Shown here: positions 61,915-64,000 of the stretch, one piece after another | How positions within the stretch are numbered: position 1 is the first letter of the stretch | Layout of the letters: each line of letters opens with the position of its first letter | Assembly: GCA_963667015.2 (NCBI GenBank) | Contig: CAXXJJ010000004.1 | Span: forward strand, 2,272,001 to 2,336,000 | DNA: 64,000 nt | Direction of reading: 5' to 3' | Source of the DNA: Desulfatiglandales bacterium | GTDB lineage: Bacteria > Desulfobacterota > DSM-4660 > Desulfatiglandales > HGW-15 | The notes under the pieces: model-generated | Database searches by the model: none | What the model was told of the DNA's origin: nothing | What the model saw: only the letters and a program-made list of their open reading frames with translations | Position numbers and translations under genes: made by a program

Positions 61915-63651
61915 TCAGCCTCCTATGTATGCCTGCTCAATACTTTTCATATAAGATTCAATACCGCCTACAATACCTTCAGACAGCGCTTCTTTATAAT
62001 TTTCATTTAAAAGCCTGGTTCTTTCCGTGCTGTTTGTTATAAATCCCGTTTCAATCAATATGGCTGGCATTTCAGCACCAACCAGCACATAAAATGGAGC
62101 CTGCTTTACTCCTAGGCTTTTATAGGGTGTATATTTTTTCTTTACATCATTTATCATTCCATTTTGCACCATTGAAGCCAGTTTACTCGACTCACTTATT
62201 TTTGTGGCCTGCAACATCTCTTTCAGGATTGATTGCAGATCACTGATATTTTTCTCAGAAGTTGCATTCTCCCTTGCAGCAACCATAACTGCCTGCCGAT
62301 CACTCGCAGGATTCAAAAAGTATGTTTCAATTCCGAAAATATTACTTTGCTTATGGGCATTGACATGAAGGGATATGAACAGGTCTGCATTTTTTGAAGT
62401 CGCAAATGCCGTTCTTTCATCCAGAGGTATAAACGTATCTGTTGTCCTTGTGAGCAGGACTTCACAACCTAACTTGCTTTCAATTTTTGTTTTTAATTTC
62501 TTTGCCAGAGAAAGAGTTATATCTTTTTCTTTTATTCCGCCGTTGAATATACAACCCGGGTCCTTTCCGCCATGACCGGGGTCAATAACTATTCTTTTAA
62601 CAGTCAGGCCCAGCTGCCTTGCGAGGGATATTGTCTCATCTGTAATCTTTGGTTTCTGTACACTTTTTTTGCCGGCAGCCCCGGTTTTTGTATTGACGTT
62701 ATCAGCTCCGGCCGTGTTTTTATCGCCATGAACGTCCACCACTATCCTGAATGGATCATGAAGACGAAATGTTTTATAGCGGCTGATATTATCAATATCC
62801 AGAACAACCCTCACCGTATCGGGATTATACTGTCCCGCCCTTGCTGACCATAAAAGTCCATCCTTTATTGGAATAGAACTTTCAATATCCTTTCCTATCT
62901 TTGTATTTTTCAGGTCAAGATAAAGCCTTCTGGGCTTCTGGAGTTTCTGGTCCATTTTTAAAAGGTGGTCAATGTATTCAGCCGGCTTATCAAGATCAAT
63001 CACCACCCTTGTGTAGGTCGATGTTGACAGTTTACGTATATTCATGACCGTTGCAAATCCATCCGCTGACGCTGCATTTTCATCCACCGGTGCGTCATCT
63101 TTTTGCTGGTCACCCAATAGATTTGAGAGCTTCTCCATCATCTGTTTTGCCCTGGGACGCATATCGCCGGTGGGATACTTGATATCTACCTTAAGAAACT
63201 CTATATAGGCTTGGGTCATATTGTTTTTATTTGAATAATAGATGTCTCCCATCCTGTATTGTGCATCATCGGCAAGCCTGTGGTCAGGATAATCTTCGGT
63301 TACTCTTTCATATAATTCCAATGCGGTGTCCAGATCGGTTTCCAGGCCCGAATATTTACTGAGCTTTGCATACATACCTGCTGCCCGGAACATTGCCCAG
63401 GGGGCCTCTTCGCTTTTAGGATATTTATTATATATCTTTTCATAGAGGCCAATAGGCTTCTCCCAGTTATGCCTGAAGTCCATGCGTTTTGTTGATTTGT
63501 AGAGTGACTTTCTGCTGCTGTCTGCCTTAGCAAGCAATCCGGAAGTAGAGGTACCTGCGTCACATTCAGATACCGGAGATGTAAACAATATGCAGAAAGA
63601 GATAAAGAATAAGGCGAATGAATAAATTCTGCGATAGACAAATCCTGTCAT
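61915..63651 (-). CDS. N-acetylmuramoyl-L-alanine amidase (TPR + AMIN + Amidase_3)
   Basis: IDPGHGGKDPG, EKD, SLHVNA, ILIETGF. Confidence 0.92.
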   Translation of the reverse strand: MTGFVYRRIYSFALFFISFCILFTSPVSECDAGTSTSGLLAKADSSRKSLYKSTKRMDFRHNWEKPIGLYEKIYNKYPKSEEAPWAMFRAAGMYAKLSKYSGLETDLDTALELYERVTEDYPDHRLADDAQYRMGDIYYSNKNNMTQAYIEFLKVDIKYPTGDMRPRAKQMMEKLSNLLGDQQKDDAPVDENAASADGFATVMNIRKLSTSTYTRVVIDLDKPAEYIDHLLKMDQKLQKPRRLYLDLKNTKIGKDIESSIPIKDGLLWSARAGQYNPDTVRVVLDIDNISRYKTFRLHDPFRIVVDVHGDKNTAGADNVNTKTGAAGKKSVQKPKITDETISLARQLGLTVKRIVIDPGHGGKDPGCIFNGGIKEKDITLSLAKKLKTKIESKLGCEVLLTRTTDTFIPLDERTAFATSKNADLFISLHVNAHKQSNIFGIETYFLNPASDRQAVMVAARENATSEKNISDLQSILKEMLQATKISESSKLASMVQNGMINDVKKKYTPYKSLGVKQAPFYVLVGAEMPAILIETGFITNSTERTRLLNENYKEALSEGIVGGIESYMKSIEQAYIGG

Positions 63652-64000
63652 GACAAACCATCCACATATTTTTTTAATTTATCCAGCTCTATCAGTGCAT
63701 CAAGCGGAGTCATACCCGAGACATCGATATCTTTAATCCACCTTTCTATCCGGCTTTCCGCATTACCGAACAGGTTTAGCTGGGCGCTCCCATTTCTGCC
63801 TTCACCCGCACTGGACCTGGCTATTTTGGGTCTGCCAAGGTCATCAATATCTTCATTCTCAAGGTTTTCAAGGATTTCCTTTGCCCGGTCAATAACCTTT
63901 TCCGGAATACCGGCAATCCTGGCAACCTGAATACCATAGCTTCTGCTTGTGCTCCCGGGGACCATCTTCCTTAAAAAAATAATCTGATCCTTCCACTCCT
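63648..64000 (-). CDS. mutS: DNA mismatch repair MutS, 3' end (partial)
   Basis: SYGIQVARIAGIPEKVIDRA, QLNLF clamp motif, MTPLDAL. Confidence 0.92.
   Translation of the reverse strand, partial: EWKDQIIFLRKMVPGSTSRSYGIQVARIAGIPEKVIDRAKEILENLENEDIDDLGRPKIARSSAGEGRNGSAQLNLFGNAESRIERWIKDIDVSGMTPLDALIELDKLKKYVDGLS

Noticed and set aside
1..64000. CRISPR arrays, tRNA/rRNA genes, prophage, integron integrase
   Set aside because: No regularly spaced repeats, RNA-gene signatures, phage genes or tyrosine recombinase recognised

Overview
Chromosomal window of an anaerobic deltaproteobacterium-like organism, probably Desulfobacterota (inferred from the DVU0772-family gene, acyl-CoA dehydratase/activase genes and delta-type T2SS). 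In order: a CheZ-like gene end; a secreted UshA-like tetraheme cytochrome whose true ORF crosses an in-frame UGA with a SECIS-like hairpin (probable selenoprotein, truncated in the ORF track); DUF2062-tamB-tamA; an accessory island at about 8.8-18 kb (Nal1-like trypsin protease, coiled-coil lipoprotein, membrane protein, GH13, intact IS630, AlbA_2 gene with integron-cassette borders); ABC exporter; LysR/purA/HAD; ferritin-like protein; radical SAM and CoA-activase cluster; cutA; leuB; rsgA behind an unannotated leader peptide and terminator; a frameshifted cupin; GH10 xylanase; a nucleotidyltransferase pair; redox genes; dehydratase/activase; Na/Pi transporter; proC; a receiver-phosphofructokinase fusion; a type II secretion cluster (gspF-G-H-I-J-K-L-M-N-C-A-B-D-E) whose gspD carries three frameshifts; an amidase; and the mutS 3' end. 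All calls come from reading motifs by eye; no searches were run.
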